Source: Macrostomum hystrix
Lineage: Eukaryota > Animalia > Platyhelminthes
Assembly: GCA_950097015.1 (NCBI GenBank)
Contig: CATNEN010000024.1
Coordinates: 6,634,001 to 6,698,000, forward strand
DNA: 64,000 bases
Direction: 5' to 3'
The notes beneath the pieces were generated by a model. That model was given only the letters and a program-made list of their open reading frames with translations, had not been told where the DNA came from and made no database searches. Below, piece after piece: positions 1 to 12,500 of the stretch; positions within the stretch are counted from its first letter, which is position 1, and each line of letters opens with the position of its first letter. The position numbers were made by a program, and so were the translations under genes.

Positions 1-317
1 CCGCTTTGATCGCCAGCCCGACGGACCTGTTCCAGTTCGGCCTGAGTGTCCTTCAGCACCGCACGCAGTCGCTTCAACTCCTTGCGCTGGCGGCGGCGCT
101 CGGCGTCGGCGCGCGGACCTCCGGACGCATCGGCGCCGGTCTGATCCCGGGCCAGCAGCTCGGCAAGCTGGCGCTCGGCTTCGCGTTTCTCCCTGGCCAG
201 CCGCTGCCGCTCCTGCTGCTCCTCCTCCAGCTGCTCCTCCAGGTTGCGCAGGCGACGCTGCTGTGCGTAGCGCTGGTTGTCCAGCTCGGCGTCCCGCTCT
301 TCGGCTTCGCGGGCCAT
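1..317 (-). CDS. MYO18: Myosin-XVIII exon 10 (coiled-coil tail; gene continues beyond window start)
   Basis: Acceptor cccag at 318-320; reads MAREAEERDAELDNQRY..QQRRLRNLEEQLEEEQQERQRLAREKREAE, resembling the myosin-18 tail; phase 0 with the previous exon. Confidence 0.85.
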   Translation of the reverse strand, partial: MAREAEERDAELDNQRYAQQRRLRNLEEQLEEEQQERQRLAREKREAERQLAELLARDQTGADASGGPRADAERRRQRKELKRLRAVLKDTQAELEQVRRAGDQS

Positions 318-469
318 CTGGGGGACGGACAAATTGGTAGAGAAAAATATTGCTGCGATACACCCGACCCTGATCAGAGAAATCTGTAGAAAATTTTTTC
401 AGCATCAAGCCCAGAGAGCAGACGTTTATTACTCTTAAACACTCACAAGGCCTACCAGTCCTATAGAAA

Positions 470-668
470 ACTTATAGATCTAAATTCATCGATCTCTAGA
501 CAATCTACCAGATCTAGATAATCAATCTCTAGACTTTCTACCATTCTAGATAAATCAATCTCTAGACTATCTACCAGATCTAGATAAACCAATCTCTAGA
601 CTATCTACCAGATCTAGATAATCAATCTCTAGACTTTCTACCATTCTAGATAAATCAATCTCTAGACT
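470..668. repeat. Intronic minisatellite, unit about 31-32 bp
   Basis: TCTAGATAA(A)TCAATCTCTAGACT(T/A)TCTACCA repeated. Confidence 0.85.
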
Positions 669-704
669 TCTCGCTCGGCAAAGATCCCATGTCAGTTGAC
701 CCAC

Positions 705-1073
705 CAGTTGTCGCAGCCGCTCTGCCTCCATCTCAATCCTGGATTTATCCTGCTCAGCCGCGTCCAGCTGAGCGGCCAGCTCCTCGACTTCCTCCTCCAG
801 AGTCGCCACCTTCTGCTCAAGATCGGCCCGGGCTCTCTTGAGCCGGCCAACTTCGAATTCGCTCTCGGAGGCGGAGCCGCCACCGGTCAGCAAGCCGCCG
901 GGGCCGCCGGTGAGATCGGCCAGCTGATCCTGCAGCCGCTGCGATCGCTCCTGGGCGCTGGCCGCCGAGGCCTTGGCGTCTTGCAGCTCGCGCTCCAGGC
1001 GCCACTTGTCGCCAAGCAGTTCATCGCGAGATCGTTGAAGCGTTTCGCGCGACTCCAGCTGATCCGAGAGGTC
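705..1073 (-). CDS. MYO18: Myosin-XVIII exon 9 (coiled coil)
   Basis: tgtccag|DLSDQLESRETLQ...EAERLRQL|gtgggt; heptad-rich; phase 0/0. Confidence 0.85.
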
Positions 1074-1237
1074 CTGGACAAGGGGATAAGAGCAATGCGA
1101 AAAATTAGTGCTAATGGGTAGTCATTGTGGACAGTACAGCAGATTATTACCCGCACGACTTATTTATATAAGTCCGTTTTGATCCAAACTTTTAGTTGAG
1201 TTAACAATGACCCCCAAAATCTTGTAGTTATTCTTTG

Positions 1238-1724
1238 ACCCACTGCTGATACTGTACAGTTTATCCTTGACCTACTGCTGATTTTGAACAGTTTATCCTT
1301 GACCCACTGATTCTGTACAGTTTATTCTTGACCCACAGCTGATTCTGTACAGTTTATCCTTGACCTACTGCTGATTCTGTACAGTTTATCCTTGACCCAC
1401 TGCTGATTCTGTACAGTTATCCTTGACCTACTGCTGATACTGTACAGTTTATCCTTGACCCACTGATTCTGTACAGTTTATATTTGACCCACTGCTGATA
1501 CTGTACAGTTTATCCTTGACCCACTGATTCTGTACAGTTTATATTTGACCCACTGCTGATACTGTACAGTTTATCCTTGACCCACTGATTCTGTACAGTT
1601 TATATTTGACCCACTGCTGATACTGTACAGTTTATCCTTGACCCACTGATTCTGTACAGTTTATATTTGACCCACTGCTGATACTGTACAGTTTATCCTT
1701 GACCCACTGATTCTGTACAGTTAT
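1238..1724. repeat. Intronic minisatellite, 29/32-bp units
   Basis: CCACTG(CTG)AT(A/T)CTGTACAGTTTAT(C/A)(C/T)TTGAC repeated. Confidence 0.92.
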
Positions 1725-1795
1725 CCTCAAATTATGGGTTGTCCCTTGAATGATCTCACTGTTTGAATAGTTTCGGATCTTATCGATTTTATTAC

Positions 1796-2171
1796 CTTAT
1801 TGAGCCTGGCCAGCTCCGTGTCGTGCCGCTTCTGTCGCTTCTCCAAATCCGCCTTCCTATCCAGCGCGTCCTCTAGTTGAGCTCGCAAATCCGAGGTCTC
1901 CTGCTGGGATTTCGTAGCGCGCCGCTTCGAGCCGGCCAGCTCTTCGATGAGATCGTCGCGCTCAACGGTGACGGACTGCAGGCGAGACTCGATAGCCTTG
2001 CGCTGATCGTAGTGCTCAGCCTCCATGTCGGCCAGTTTGGCATTAGCCGTGGCCAAATCGCGGCCAAGCCGGTCGATGCGCAGTCGGTACATCACCTCCG
2101 ACTCTTCGCCATCGTCCGATGTAGCCGTGTCGTCGAGCTTCTTGCCTGAACTTTCGTCCAGTCGGGAGGCC
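1796..2171 (-). CDS. MYO18: Myosin-XVIII exon 8 (coiled coil)
   Basis: caactag|(R)ASRLDESSGKK..MYRLRIDRLGRDL..LARLNK|gtaata; phase 2/0, consistent with neighbouring exons. Confidence 0.85.
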
Positions 2172-2244
2172 CTAGTTGCAATGGAGCGGCGTGCACTTTT
2201 TGCAGAAACATTGCTTCTATGAATGACTTACCCACTCCTATTGA

Positions 2245-2765
2245 CACGCTTCCTCCTGACCATACAAACGCTTCCTCCTGACCCCACAATCGCTTCCTCC
2301 TGACCCCAGAATCGCTTCCTCCTGACCCCACAATCGCTTCCTCCTGACCATACAAACGCTTCCTCCTGACCCACAATCTCTTCCTCCTGACCCACAATCG
2401 CTTCCTCCTGACCCCACAATCGCTTCCTCCTGACCCCACAATCGCTTCCTCCTGACCCCACAATCGCTTCCTCCTGACCCCACAATCGCTTCCTCCTGAC
2501 CCCACAATCGCTTCCTCCTGACCCCACAATCGCTAACTCCTGACACCCATTTGACACTCGCTTCCTCCTGACCCCACAATCGCTTCCTCCTGACCCCACA
2601 ATCGCTAACTCCTGACACCCTTTTGACACTGGCTTCCTCCTGACACCCATTTGACACTCGCTTCGTCCTGACACCCATTTGACACTCGCTTCCTCCTGAC
2701 ACCCATTTGACACTCGCTTCCTCCTGACACCCTTTTGACACTGGCTTCCTCCTGACACCCTTTGA
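2245..2765. repeat. Intronic minisatellite, 22- and 28-bp units
   Basis: CGCTTCCTCCTGACCCCACAAT and CGCTTCCTCCTGACACCCATTTGACACT. Confidence 0.92.
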
Positions 2766-2796
2766 CATATTGGGCTTTGACCTTTGTCATCCTTAC

Positions 2797-3377
2797 CTAA
2801 GCGCGCTCTGCACACCCTTCTGATGCAGCACAGTCAGCTCATTCTCCAGCTGTTCGTAGCGCCTCTTCTCTGCGGACAACTTTTGTCGCAATTCTTCAGC
2901 CTCCCGTTCGGCAATGAGCCGGCGATCCCGCTCAGCTTCGAGTTGATCGCTCACGTTGGCCACCTCGGAGCGGTCGTGTCGCAGATCGTTATTAGCGTTT
3001 GCCAGTCGATTCTCCAGCTGAGCGCAGCGCTGCTTCAGCTCGGCTCGCTCACGTTCCAGGGCTTCAATGCGAGCCCGCAGTTCGGCCAATAGGCTGGCGT
3101 CGGCGACACCGTTGGCAGCTGCGGCGGCCCTGGCACTGGCCACGGCCAGAGGTCGGACCCGGCTGTACAGGCGCCACCAGGACCAGCGGCGCAGCTCCAA
3201 GTAGATGGCGCAATTGCGCTGGATAATCTCGGCCGCGTGAGCCCGGACGCGGGCTTCATGCGCCCGGCATCGGGCTAGGTGGCCCCGACAGGCGGCCTGG
3301 AAGTGCACCAGGTGAGAGCGAGCCGCCTCTTCGCGGCACTCGTCTAGTTGGGCTAGGGCGCCGGAGCGGAAGAACAC
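2797..3377 (-). CDS. MYO18: Myosin-XVIII exon 7 (converter end, IQ motif, start of coiled coil)
   Basis: cccag|VFFRSGALAQLD..FQAACRGHLAR (IQ-like)..IIQRNCAIYLELRRWSWWRLYSRVRPL (myosin II/XVIII WxWWRL motif)..AG|gtaagg. Confidence 0.92.
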
Positions 3378-3449
3378 CTGGGATGAATGATTTTGGGGAT
3401 CTCTTATACTTAGTGCTTTAGCCACATCTTAAATATACCCTCCTATCAA

Positions 3450-4570
3450 CCCTACCCCACTCTCCCAATCTACTCTCCCCGAATTTCCTAATCTTCTCTA
3501 CCCCACTCTCTCCAATCTACTCTACCCCACACTCTAATCTACTCTATCCCACTCTCTGAAGCTACTCTACCCCACTCTCTGAAGCTACTCTACCCCACTC
3601 TCTGAAGCTACTGTACCTCACTCTCTGAAGCTACTCTACCCCACTCTCTGAAGCTACTGTACCTCACTCTCTGAAGCTACTCTACCCCACTCTCTGAAGA
3701 TACTGTACCTTACTCTCTGAAGCTACTCTACCCCACTCTCTGAAGCTACTCTACCCCACTCTCTGAAGCTACTCTACCCCACTCTCTGAAGCTACTCTAC
3801 CCCACTCTCTGAAGCTACTGTACCTCACTCTCTGAAGCTACTCTACCCCACTCTCTGAAGCTACTGTACCTCACTCTCTGAAGCTACTCCACCCCACTCT
3901 CTGAAGATACTGTACCTCACTCTCTGAAGCTACTCCACCCCACTCTCTGAAGATACTGTACCTCACTCTCTGAAGCTACTCTACCCCACTCTCTGAAGAT
4001 ACTGTACCTTACTCTCTGAAGCTACTCTACCCCACTCTCTGAAGCTACTCTACCCCACTCTCTGAAGCTACTCTACCCCACTCTCTGAAGCTACTGTACC
4101 TCACTCTCTGAAGCTACTCTACCCCACTCTCTGAAGCTACTGTACCTCACTCTCTGAAGCTACTCCACCCCACTCTCTGAAGATACTGTACCTCACTCTC
4201 TGAAGCTACTGTACGTCACTCTCTGAAGCTACTCTACCCCACTCTCTGAAGCTACTCAACCCCACTCTCTGAAGCTACTCTACCCCACTCTCTGAAGATA
4301 CTGTACCTCACTCTCTGAAGCTACTCCACCCCACTCTCTGAAGATACTGTACCTCACTCTCTGAAGCTACTGTACCTCACTCTCTGAAGCTACTCTACCC
4401 CACTCTCTGAAGCTACTCTACCCCACTCTCTGAAGATACTGTACCTCACTCTCTGAAGCTACTCTACCCTACTCTCTATCCTACTCTAACCTACTCTATC
4501 CCACTATCTAACCTACTCTACCCCACTATCTAACCTACTCTACCCCACTCTCTAACCTACTCTACCCCAC
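3450..4570. repeat. Intronic minisatellite, 23-bp unit
   Basis: CTCTCTGAAGCTACT(C/G)TACC(C/T)CA repeated. Confidence 0.95.
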
Positions 4571-4684
4571 TCTCTACTATCTTCTTCGAACTACTCTCCA
4601 TACAAATTCTACCTCACAATTCGGTGAGTGAGCGATCACTCACGACAAAATATACTGAACTTGTAGCCTAGTAGTTACTCGTAC

Positions 4685-4805
4685 AAGTATGGAGTTTCTA
4701 CCATCAAGAGGTCTGGGGTTCGAAACTCAGCCTAGGGAAGAAGCAGTTAGTATCCTTGAGCACGGCAATTATATTTCCTGGGCGCCAGTCCCTGTCCACC
4801 TGAGA
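4685..4805 (+). mobile_element. Degenerate CORE-type SINE fragment
   Basis: GGTTCGAAACTC B box followed by GTATCCTTGAGCACGGCAATT. Confidence 0.45.
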
Positions 4806-4890
4806 TTACATCTGATCTGGCAAATCTTGGCTAAGCGTGCAAGCACGATTTTGTTAAGAAGCTTTCAGTAAAATGATTAAAGAAACTTAC

Positions 4891-5097
4891 GCAAAGCTGA
4901 CTTTTGTAATAATTCTGTCTATCACTAAACAAATCAGTGTGAACGGTAACAGCAGCAGCACTATCAGCTGAACAATAGCGCTGGCGCAGCTGCTGACTGT
5001 GCAACTGGCGCGGACTGACACTAACATAAGAGGCAGCCGGGCTCCTTGCCGCAGCATCGGCCGCCCTCAGCTGCCTACTGGTTGGCTCTGGTGACAT
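4891..5097 (-). CDS. Candidate alternative first coding exon of myosin-XVIII (69 codons)
   Basis: ATG at 5097, open to a perfect GTAAGT donor in phase 0, in frame with exon 7; ttttag acceptor 15 nt upstream; promoter-like sequence further upstream. No transcript evidence. Confidence 0.4.
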
Positions 5098-6011
5098 AGA
5101 TAATATATTAGGCTAAAATGCAGTGCTCCATGGCTATTCAGCGTTTGCCTGATTGCCTGATGTTTAAATTAAGCTTTGATTGCTAATGCGCGCAGGTGGG
5201 CGAGGTGAAGGGCCGGCGAGGGGATGACTCGTTGCGCCAGCTCTTTTATGACTGAGCCAGTGAGCGAAGCAGGAACCGGAGCTCCTAGCCAATGTCCGGG
5301 AGCAGGGGGAGAGAGGACTAGGGAAGAGTACACTCAGGGTAAGAGAGAGAAAGAGAGAGATCTTCTCTAGAGTCGGAGTGAGTCGCTAAATACTACTGCG
5401 CCCCGGGGAAAAGCAATTTTTAAAAAGGTTTCAGGGAGCCACATGTAGGCAGAAAAGGGTTGTGGGGGGCCGGCGGGCAGAAAGAAAATCCACGCCGGTT
5501 GGGAAGGAAGTTTTGGAAAGAAAAGTACGCGCCACAGAGTTTAACACCAGGGAACAGATTAAGGGTGTCCAAGCAATGGCCCACCACACAATAGCTCAAC
5601 ACAGGATTTGGCCCTAGTGGAGCAGTAATCACTATGCTCAGGGACTGCCCAACTCAAAGAAAACTATTTTGACAACTTCTGCCGCGTGTTATTTTGAGTA
5701 TGAGTTTTAGAATTCTTTATTATGAAGTGACTGGACTTATTCACATTGGGAATTCTTTGAATAATTTAATAATTGATCTGTGCATAATGGGACTCTGGTC
5801 TTAGCTCACGCATGAGGATCTCACAAGGGTATACGACAGAACAGCAGTAATCAGCAACACAATATATATCCATAGGACAAGCTGACGTCAAGCCCACGCG
5901 CACAATAGCTCAGAACAATGCAATCGATTCACTTCACATTCCCTGTAGTGGATATGCGATCCACCGAGGGAAATAATTGTCCTTGTCGGTATTCTTCACG
6001 GCAACGAAGGT

Positions 6012-6348
6012 ACACGCTAATCCACATCAGGGCAATAGGCTGAATATACACGCTAATCCACATCAGGGCATAAGGCTGAACATACACGCTAATCCACATC
6101 AGGGCATAAGGCTGAACATACACGCTAATCCACATCAGTGCATTAGGCTGAACATACACGCTAATCCACATCAGTGCATTAGGCTGAACACACATGCTAA
6201 TCCACATCAGGGCATAAGGCTGAACACACATGCTAATCCACATCAGGGCATAAGGCTGAACATACACGCTAATCCACATCAGGGCATAAGGCTGAACATA
6301 CACGCTAATCCACATCAGTGCATTAGGCTGAACACACACGCTAATCCA
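6012..6348. repeat. Intronic minisatellite, 36-bp unit
   Basis: CACGCTAATCCACATCAGGGCATAAGGCTGAACATA repeated. Confidence 0.93.
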
Positions 6349-6410
6349 CTGGAGCTAATATATAGCTGTTCAATATCAGGACATTGAGATGTAGCTAGTC
6401 AACATCAGGC

Positions 6411-6950
6411 ATTGGGATGAAGCGACACGTTAATCCACAGGATATTGGGATGAAGCGACACGTTAATCCACAGGATATTGGGATGAATGGACACGTTAAT
6501 CCACAGGATATTGGGATGAAGCTACACGTTAATCCACAGGAAATTAGGATGAAGCTACACGTTAATCCACAGGACATTGGGATGAAGCTACACGTTAATC
6601 CACAGGATATTGGGATGAAGCTACACGTTAATCCACAGGAAATTAGGATGAAGCTACACGTTAATCCACAGGACATTGGGATGAAGCTACACGTTAATCC
6701 ACAGGATATTGGGATGAAGCTACACGTTAATCCACAGGATATTGGGATGAAGCGACACGTTAATCCACAGGACACTGGGATGAAGCTACACGTTAATCCA
6801 CAGGACATTGGGATGAAGCTACACGTTAATCCACAGGATATTGGGATGAAGCGACACGTTAATCCACAGGACACTGGGATGAAGCTACACGTTAATCCAC
6901 AGGACATTGGGATGAAGCGACACGTTAATCCACAGGACATTGGGATGAAG
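6411..6950. repeat. Intronic minisatellite, 33-bp unit
   Basis: CACGTTAATCCACAGGA(C/T)ATTGGGATGAAGCTA repeated. Confidence 0.95.
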
Positions 6951-7012
6951 CTAGGTGCTAATCACGTAGTCCGAAAACGTAAAGCTTTATAGCACCCAGA
7001 TACGTATCTCAC

Positions 7013-7405
7013 CTGAGTGTTGCCAATCTTATAAGCTGCCGCATGCAGTCCAAGATCTTCTAACACAGCTTTAGCCGCCTCGCGTTCGTCCAGCATGACG
7101 GCAACCGCCTGGCGGACCTCCGGCTTAGCCAGACTGGCGTATCGCTGACGCAACTCTCGGAAGCTGGCCTGATCCGGATAGCTGTACTTGTACGAGCGCA
7201 CAGTGTTGAGAATGTGGAAGGCCCTGAGCTGCAGGCGGAGCAGTGGCGTATTAACGCCCTGAGTGAAATCCGGCGCCATCAGCGAGGACTTCAGATCGCA
7301 CAGACCGGCATTGTGCACAGGAGACAGGCAATAGACAAAGTGGATGCGACCGCCCGAGCTGGCCTTCTTCAGCAGATCAGTCATGTAGTCCATCTGCGAC
7401 TTTAC
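7013..7405 (-). CDS. MYO18: Myosin-XVIII exon 6 (motor C-terminal part)
   Basis: tacag|VKSQMDYMTDLL..HFVYCLSP..LLRLQLRAFHIL..YKIGNTQ|gtgaga; 131 codons, phase 0/0. Confidence 0.92.
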
Positions 7406-7529
7406 CTGTAACCGGTTTTTAACACTATTTTTATAAGTTGCAGCTTTTTTAAAATAAATACTTACTTACAGGCTCATTTAAGAAAATAAATATTTGAGGC
7501 CAATTTAGGTTCCAGCATACTTCAGAATT

Positions 7530-8630
7530 AGGGTATTTGAGTCAGCAGTTTGAGACTGGTTATTTGAGTATCTGAGTCAGCAGTTTGAGTCAGGTTATTT
7601 GAGTATTTGAGTCAGCAGTTTGAGTCTGGTTATTTGACTATCTGAGTCAGCAGTTTGAGTCTGGTTATTTGAGTATCTGAGTCAGCAGTTTGAGTCTGGT
7701 TATTTGAGTATTTGAGTCAGCAGTTTGAGACAGGTTATTTGAGTATCTGAGTCAGTAGTTTGAGTCAGGTTATTTGAGTATCTGAGTCAGTAGTTTGAGT
7801 CAGGTTATTTGAGTATCTGAGTCAGTAGTTTGAGTCTGGTTATTTGAGTATCTGAGTCAGCAGTTTGAGTCTGGTTATTTGAGTATTTGAGTCAGCAGTT
7901 TGAGACAGGTTATTTGAGTATCTGAGTCAGCAGTTTGAGTCAGGTTATTTGACTATCTGAGTCAGCAGTTTGAGTCAGGTTATTTGACTATCTGAGTCAG
8001 CAGTTTGAGTATGGTTATTTGAGTATCTGAGCTAGTCAGCAGTTTGAGTCTGGTTATTTGAGTATCTGAGTCAGTAGTTTGAGTCTGGTTATTTGACTAT
8101 CTGAGTCAGTAGTTTGAGTCAGGTTATTTGAGTATCTGAGTCAGTAGTTTGAGTCAGGTTATTTGAGTATCTGAGTCAGTAGTTTGAGTCAGGTTATTTG
8201 AGTATCTGAGTCAGTAGTTTGAGTCAGGTTATTTGAGTATCTGAGTCAGTAGTTTGAGTCTGGTTATTTGAGTATCTGAGTCAGTAGTTTGAGTCTGGTT
8301 ATTTGAGTATCTGAGTCAGTAGTTTTAGTCTGGTTATTTGAGTATCTGAGTCAGTAGTTTGAGTCTGGTTATTTGAGTATCTGAGTCAGTAGTTTGAGTC
8401 TGGTTATTTGAGTATCTGAGTCAGTAGCTTGAGTCTGGTTATTTGACTATCTGAGTCAGTAGTTTGAGTCTGGTTATTTGAGTATCTGAGTCAGTAGCTT
8501 GAGTCTGGTTATTTGACTATCTGAGTCAGTAGTTTGAGTCTGGTTATTTGAGTATCTGAGTCAGTAGTTTTAGTCTGGTTATTTGAGTATCTGAGTCAGT
8601 AGTTTTAGTCTGGTTATTTGAGTATCTGAA
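7530..8630. repeat. Intronic minisatellite, 35-bp unit
   Basis: TTTGAGTATCTGAGTCAG(T/C)AGTTTGAGTC(T/A)GGTTA repeated. Confidence 0.95.
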
Positions 8631-8741
8631 GTTGTCAGGTTATTTGAGTTGAGTTTGGGTAAGGATAATTTGAGTTGAGTTTGATTCAGATCATTCTAGT
8701 ACTTGAGTTGGTATTTGAGCACAGCATGAGCATGGACCTAC

Positions 8742-9284
8742 CTGAGCGGACACACTCTTCTGCCTATACAGCAAGGAGGTGTTGGGCCGCAGCGGGCCGC
8801 GCCGCACGCCGGCATTCTGAGCGCGCGCCTCCGAGATCAGCCTGGCCGTGAAATCGTCCGAGCTGCGCTCCAGGAGCTCAAGAGCCTGGCCTGAGCTGGG
8901 ATACTCGCGGCAGTTCTTTAGCCAGGAGAGCGGATTGTACACCACAGGTGTGGTCAGGTTGCAGTGATTCAGCACAAAATTGCCTCCCTTAGCTCGGCGG
9001 AGTAGGCGAGAATTTCTATCGCGAAACAATTGCTTGTGCCGGTGATAGAGCTGGTGCATCCGGCGGACAAACGACTGGTCGTTGCCGGATACACTCTCTT
9101 CGTCTAGAATCCACAGCAGGCCCTGCTGTTGCTGCTGCTGCTGTTGCTGTTGCTGCTGATCGGATCCAGAGTCGCCGCCAGTTTTAACAGTGACGGAAGC
9201 GGATGTTGCCTGGCGATCCATGAGGCTGATCAGATCGGCTGGGTTCGTGTCGCCAATCTCCCAATTGGAGATGTCCACGTCCTC
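8742..9284 (-). CDS. MYO18: Myosin-XVIII exon 5 (motor; contains a Q12 run)
   Basis: aacag|EDVDIS..GLLWILDEES..FVLNHCNLTTPVVYNPLSWLK..SAQ|gtaggt. Confidence 0.9.
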
Positions 9285-9549
9285 CTGTTTTATATATGGG
9301 ATTTAAAGTTGCTGATTAGAGTGCATATTATTAGTAAAATGCGCAAATATGAATTGAAATATAAGTACGAAGATGGCAGAATGAGATAATAATAAAACAG
9401 TTCTAATTGTATCAAGCTTAAATATATACTACTGAAACACACCACTCGGTGCAATGGAGATAACTAATTTTAACTTCTAAACTTAACTACTGGAATGACT
9501 ACTATATGTAAAGTGTTTAGGGCTTTCAAGAAAAAAAGAGTTTTAGCAA

Positions 9550-12500
9550 AAAAGGAAGATGAAAAATGAAAACAGAAAATGAAAAAATGAAAAAATAGGG
9601 ATGAAATGGGAGAAATAAAGAATGAAAAGAGAGAGAAATGAAGAATAAAACGGGAGATAAATGAAGAATGAAAAGAGAGAAATGAAAAATGAAACGGGAG
9701 ATAAATGAAGAATGAAAAGAGAGAAATGAAGAATGAAACGGGAGGTAAATGAAGAATGAAACGGGAGGTAAATGAAGAATGAAAAGAGAGAAATGAAGAA
9801 TGAAAAAATAGATGAATGAAGAATGAAAAGAGAGAAATGAAGAATGAAACGGGAGATAAATGAAGAATGAAAAGAGAGAAATGAAGAATGAAAAGAGAGA
9901 AATGAAGAATGAAAAGAGAGATAAATGAAGAATGAAAAGAGAGATAAATGAAGAATGAAAAGAGAGAGAAATGAAGAATGAAAAGAGAGAGAAATGAAGA
10001 ATGAAAAGAGAGAAATGAAGAATGAAAAGAGATAAATGAAGAATGAAAAGAGATAAATGAAGAATGAAAAGAGAGAAATGAAGAATGAAAAGAGAGAAAT
10101 GAAGAATGAAAAGAGAGAAATGAAGAATGAAAAGAGAGAAATGAAGAATGAAAAGAGAGAAATGAAGAATGAAAAGAGAGAAATGAAGAATGAAAAGAGA
10201 GAAATGAAGAATGAAAAGAGAGAAATGAAGAATGAAAAGAGAGAAATGAAGAATGAAAAGAGAGAAATGAAGAATGAAAAGAGAGAAATGAAGAATGAAA
10301 AAAGAGAAATGAAGAATGAAAAGAGAGAGAAATGAAGAATGAAAAGAGAGAAATGAAGAATGAAAAGAGAGATAAATGAAGAATGAAAAGAGAGAGAAAT
10401 GAAGAATGAAAAGAGAGAGAAATGAAGAATGAAAAGAGAGAAATGAAGAATGAAAAGAGATAAATGAAGAATGAAAAGAGATAAATGAAGAATGAAAAGA
10501 GAGAAATGAAGAATGAAAAGAGAGAAATGAAGAATGAAAAGAGAGAAATGAAGAATGAAAAGAGAGAAATGAAGAATGAAAAGAGAGAAATGAAGAATGA
10601 AAAGAGAGAAATGAAGAATGAAAAGAGAGAAATGAAGAATGAAAAGAGAGAAATGAAGAATGAAAAGAGAGAAATGAAGAATGAAAAGAGAGAAATGAAG
10701 AATGAAAAGAGAGAAATGAAGAATGAAAAGAGAGAAATGAAGAATGAAAAAAGAGAAATGAAGAATGAAAAGAGAGAAATGAAGAATGAAAAGAGAGAAA
10801 TGAAGAATGAAACGGGAGATAAATGAAGAATGAAAAGAGAGAGAAATGAAGAATGAAAAGAGAGAAATGAAGAATGAAAAGAGAGAAATGAAGAATGAAA
10901 CGGGAGATAAATGAAGAATGAAAAGAGAGAGAAATGAAGAATGAAAAGAGAGAAATGAAGAATGAAAAGAGAGAAATAAAGAATGAATAGAGAGAGAAAT
11001 GAAGAATAAAACGGGAGATAAATGAAGAATGAAAAGAGAGAAATGAAGAATGAAAAAAATAGATGAATGAAGAATGAAAAGAGAGAAATGAAGAATGAAA
11101 CGGGAGATAAATGAAGAATGAAAAGAGAGAAATGAAGAATGAAAAGAGAGAAATGAAGAATGAAAAGAGAGAAATGAAGAATGAAAAGAGAGAAATGAAG
11201 AATGAAAAGAGAGAAATAAAGAATGAAAAGAGAGAAATGAAGAATGAAACGGGAGATAAATGAAGAATGAAAAGAGAGAGAAATGAAGAATGAAAAGAGA
11301 GAAATGAAGAATGAAAAGAGAGAAATGAAGAATGAAAAGAGAGAAATGAAGAATGAAAAGAGAGAAATGAAGAATGAAAAGAGAGAAATGAAGAATGAAA
11401 AGAGAGAAATGAAGAATGAAAAGAGAGAAATGAAGAATGAAACGGGAGATAAATGAAGAATGAAAAGAGAGAGAAATGAAGAATGAAAAGAGAGAAATGA
11501 AGAATGAAAAGAGAGAAATGAAGAATGAAAAGAGAGAAATGAAGAATGAAAAGAGAGAAATGAAGAATGAAACGGGAGAGAAATGAAGAATGAAACGGGA
11601 GATAAATGAAGAATGAAAAGAGAGAAATGAAGAATGAAAAGAGAGAAATAAAGAATGAAAAGAGAGAGAAATGAAGAATGAAAAGAGAGAAATGAAGAAT
11701 GAAACGGGAGATAAATGAAGAATGAAAAGAGAGAGAAATGAAGAATGAAAAGAGAGAAATGAAGAATGAAAAGAGAGAAATGAAGAATGAAAAGAGAGAA
11801 ATGAAGAATGAAAAGAGAGAAATAAAGAATGAAAAGAGAGAGAAATGAAGAATGAAAAGAGAGAAATGAAGAATGAAACGGGAGATAAATGAAGAATGAA
11901 AAGAGAGAGAAATGAAGAATGAAAAGAGAGAAATGAAGAATGAAAAGAGAGAAATGAAGAATGAAAAGAGAGAAATGAAGAATGAAAAGAGAGAAATGAA
12001 GAATGAAAAGAGAGAAATGAAGAATGAAAAGAGAGAAATGAAGAATGAAACGGGAGATAAATGAAGAATGAAAAGAGAGAGAAATGAAGAATGAAAAGAG
12101 AGAAATGAAGAATGAAAAGAGAGAAATGAAGAATGAAAAGAGAGAAATGAAGAATGAAAAGAGAGAAATGAAGAATGAAACGGGAGAGAAATGAAGAATG
12201 AAACGGGAGATAAATGAAGAATGAAAAGAGAGAAATGAAGAATGAAAAGAGAGAAATAAAGAATGAAAAGAGAGAGAAATGAAGAATGAAAAGAGAGAAA
12301 TGAAGAATGAAACGGGAGATAAATGAAGAATGAAAAGAGAGAGAAATGAAGAATGAAAAGAGAGAAATGAAGAATGAAAAGAGAGAAATGAAGAATGAAA
12401 AGAGAGAAATGAAGAATGAAAAGAGAGAAATGAAGAATGAAAAGAGAGAGAAATGAAGAATGAAAAGAGAGAAATGAAGAATGAAAAGAGAGAAATGAAG

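Noticed and set aside
6-3259. Plus-strand ORFs overlapping myosin exons (and similar antisense ORFs over twinfilin, GRHPR, the LINE and G3BP)
   Set aside because: Shadow frames of GC-rich coding sequence.
2092-6992. Repeat-derived ORFs at 2092-2815, 5929-6387 and 6395-6992
   Set aside because: They coincide with intronic minisatellites on both strands; unit lengths that are multiples of 3 explain the open frames.
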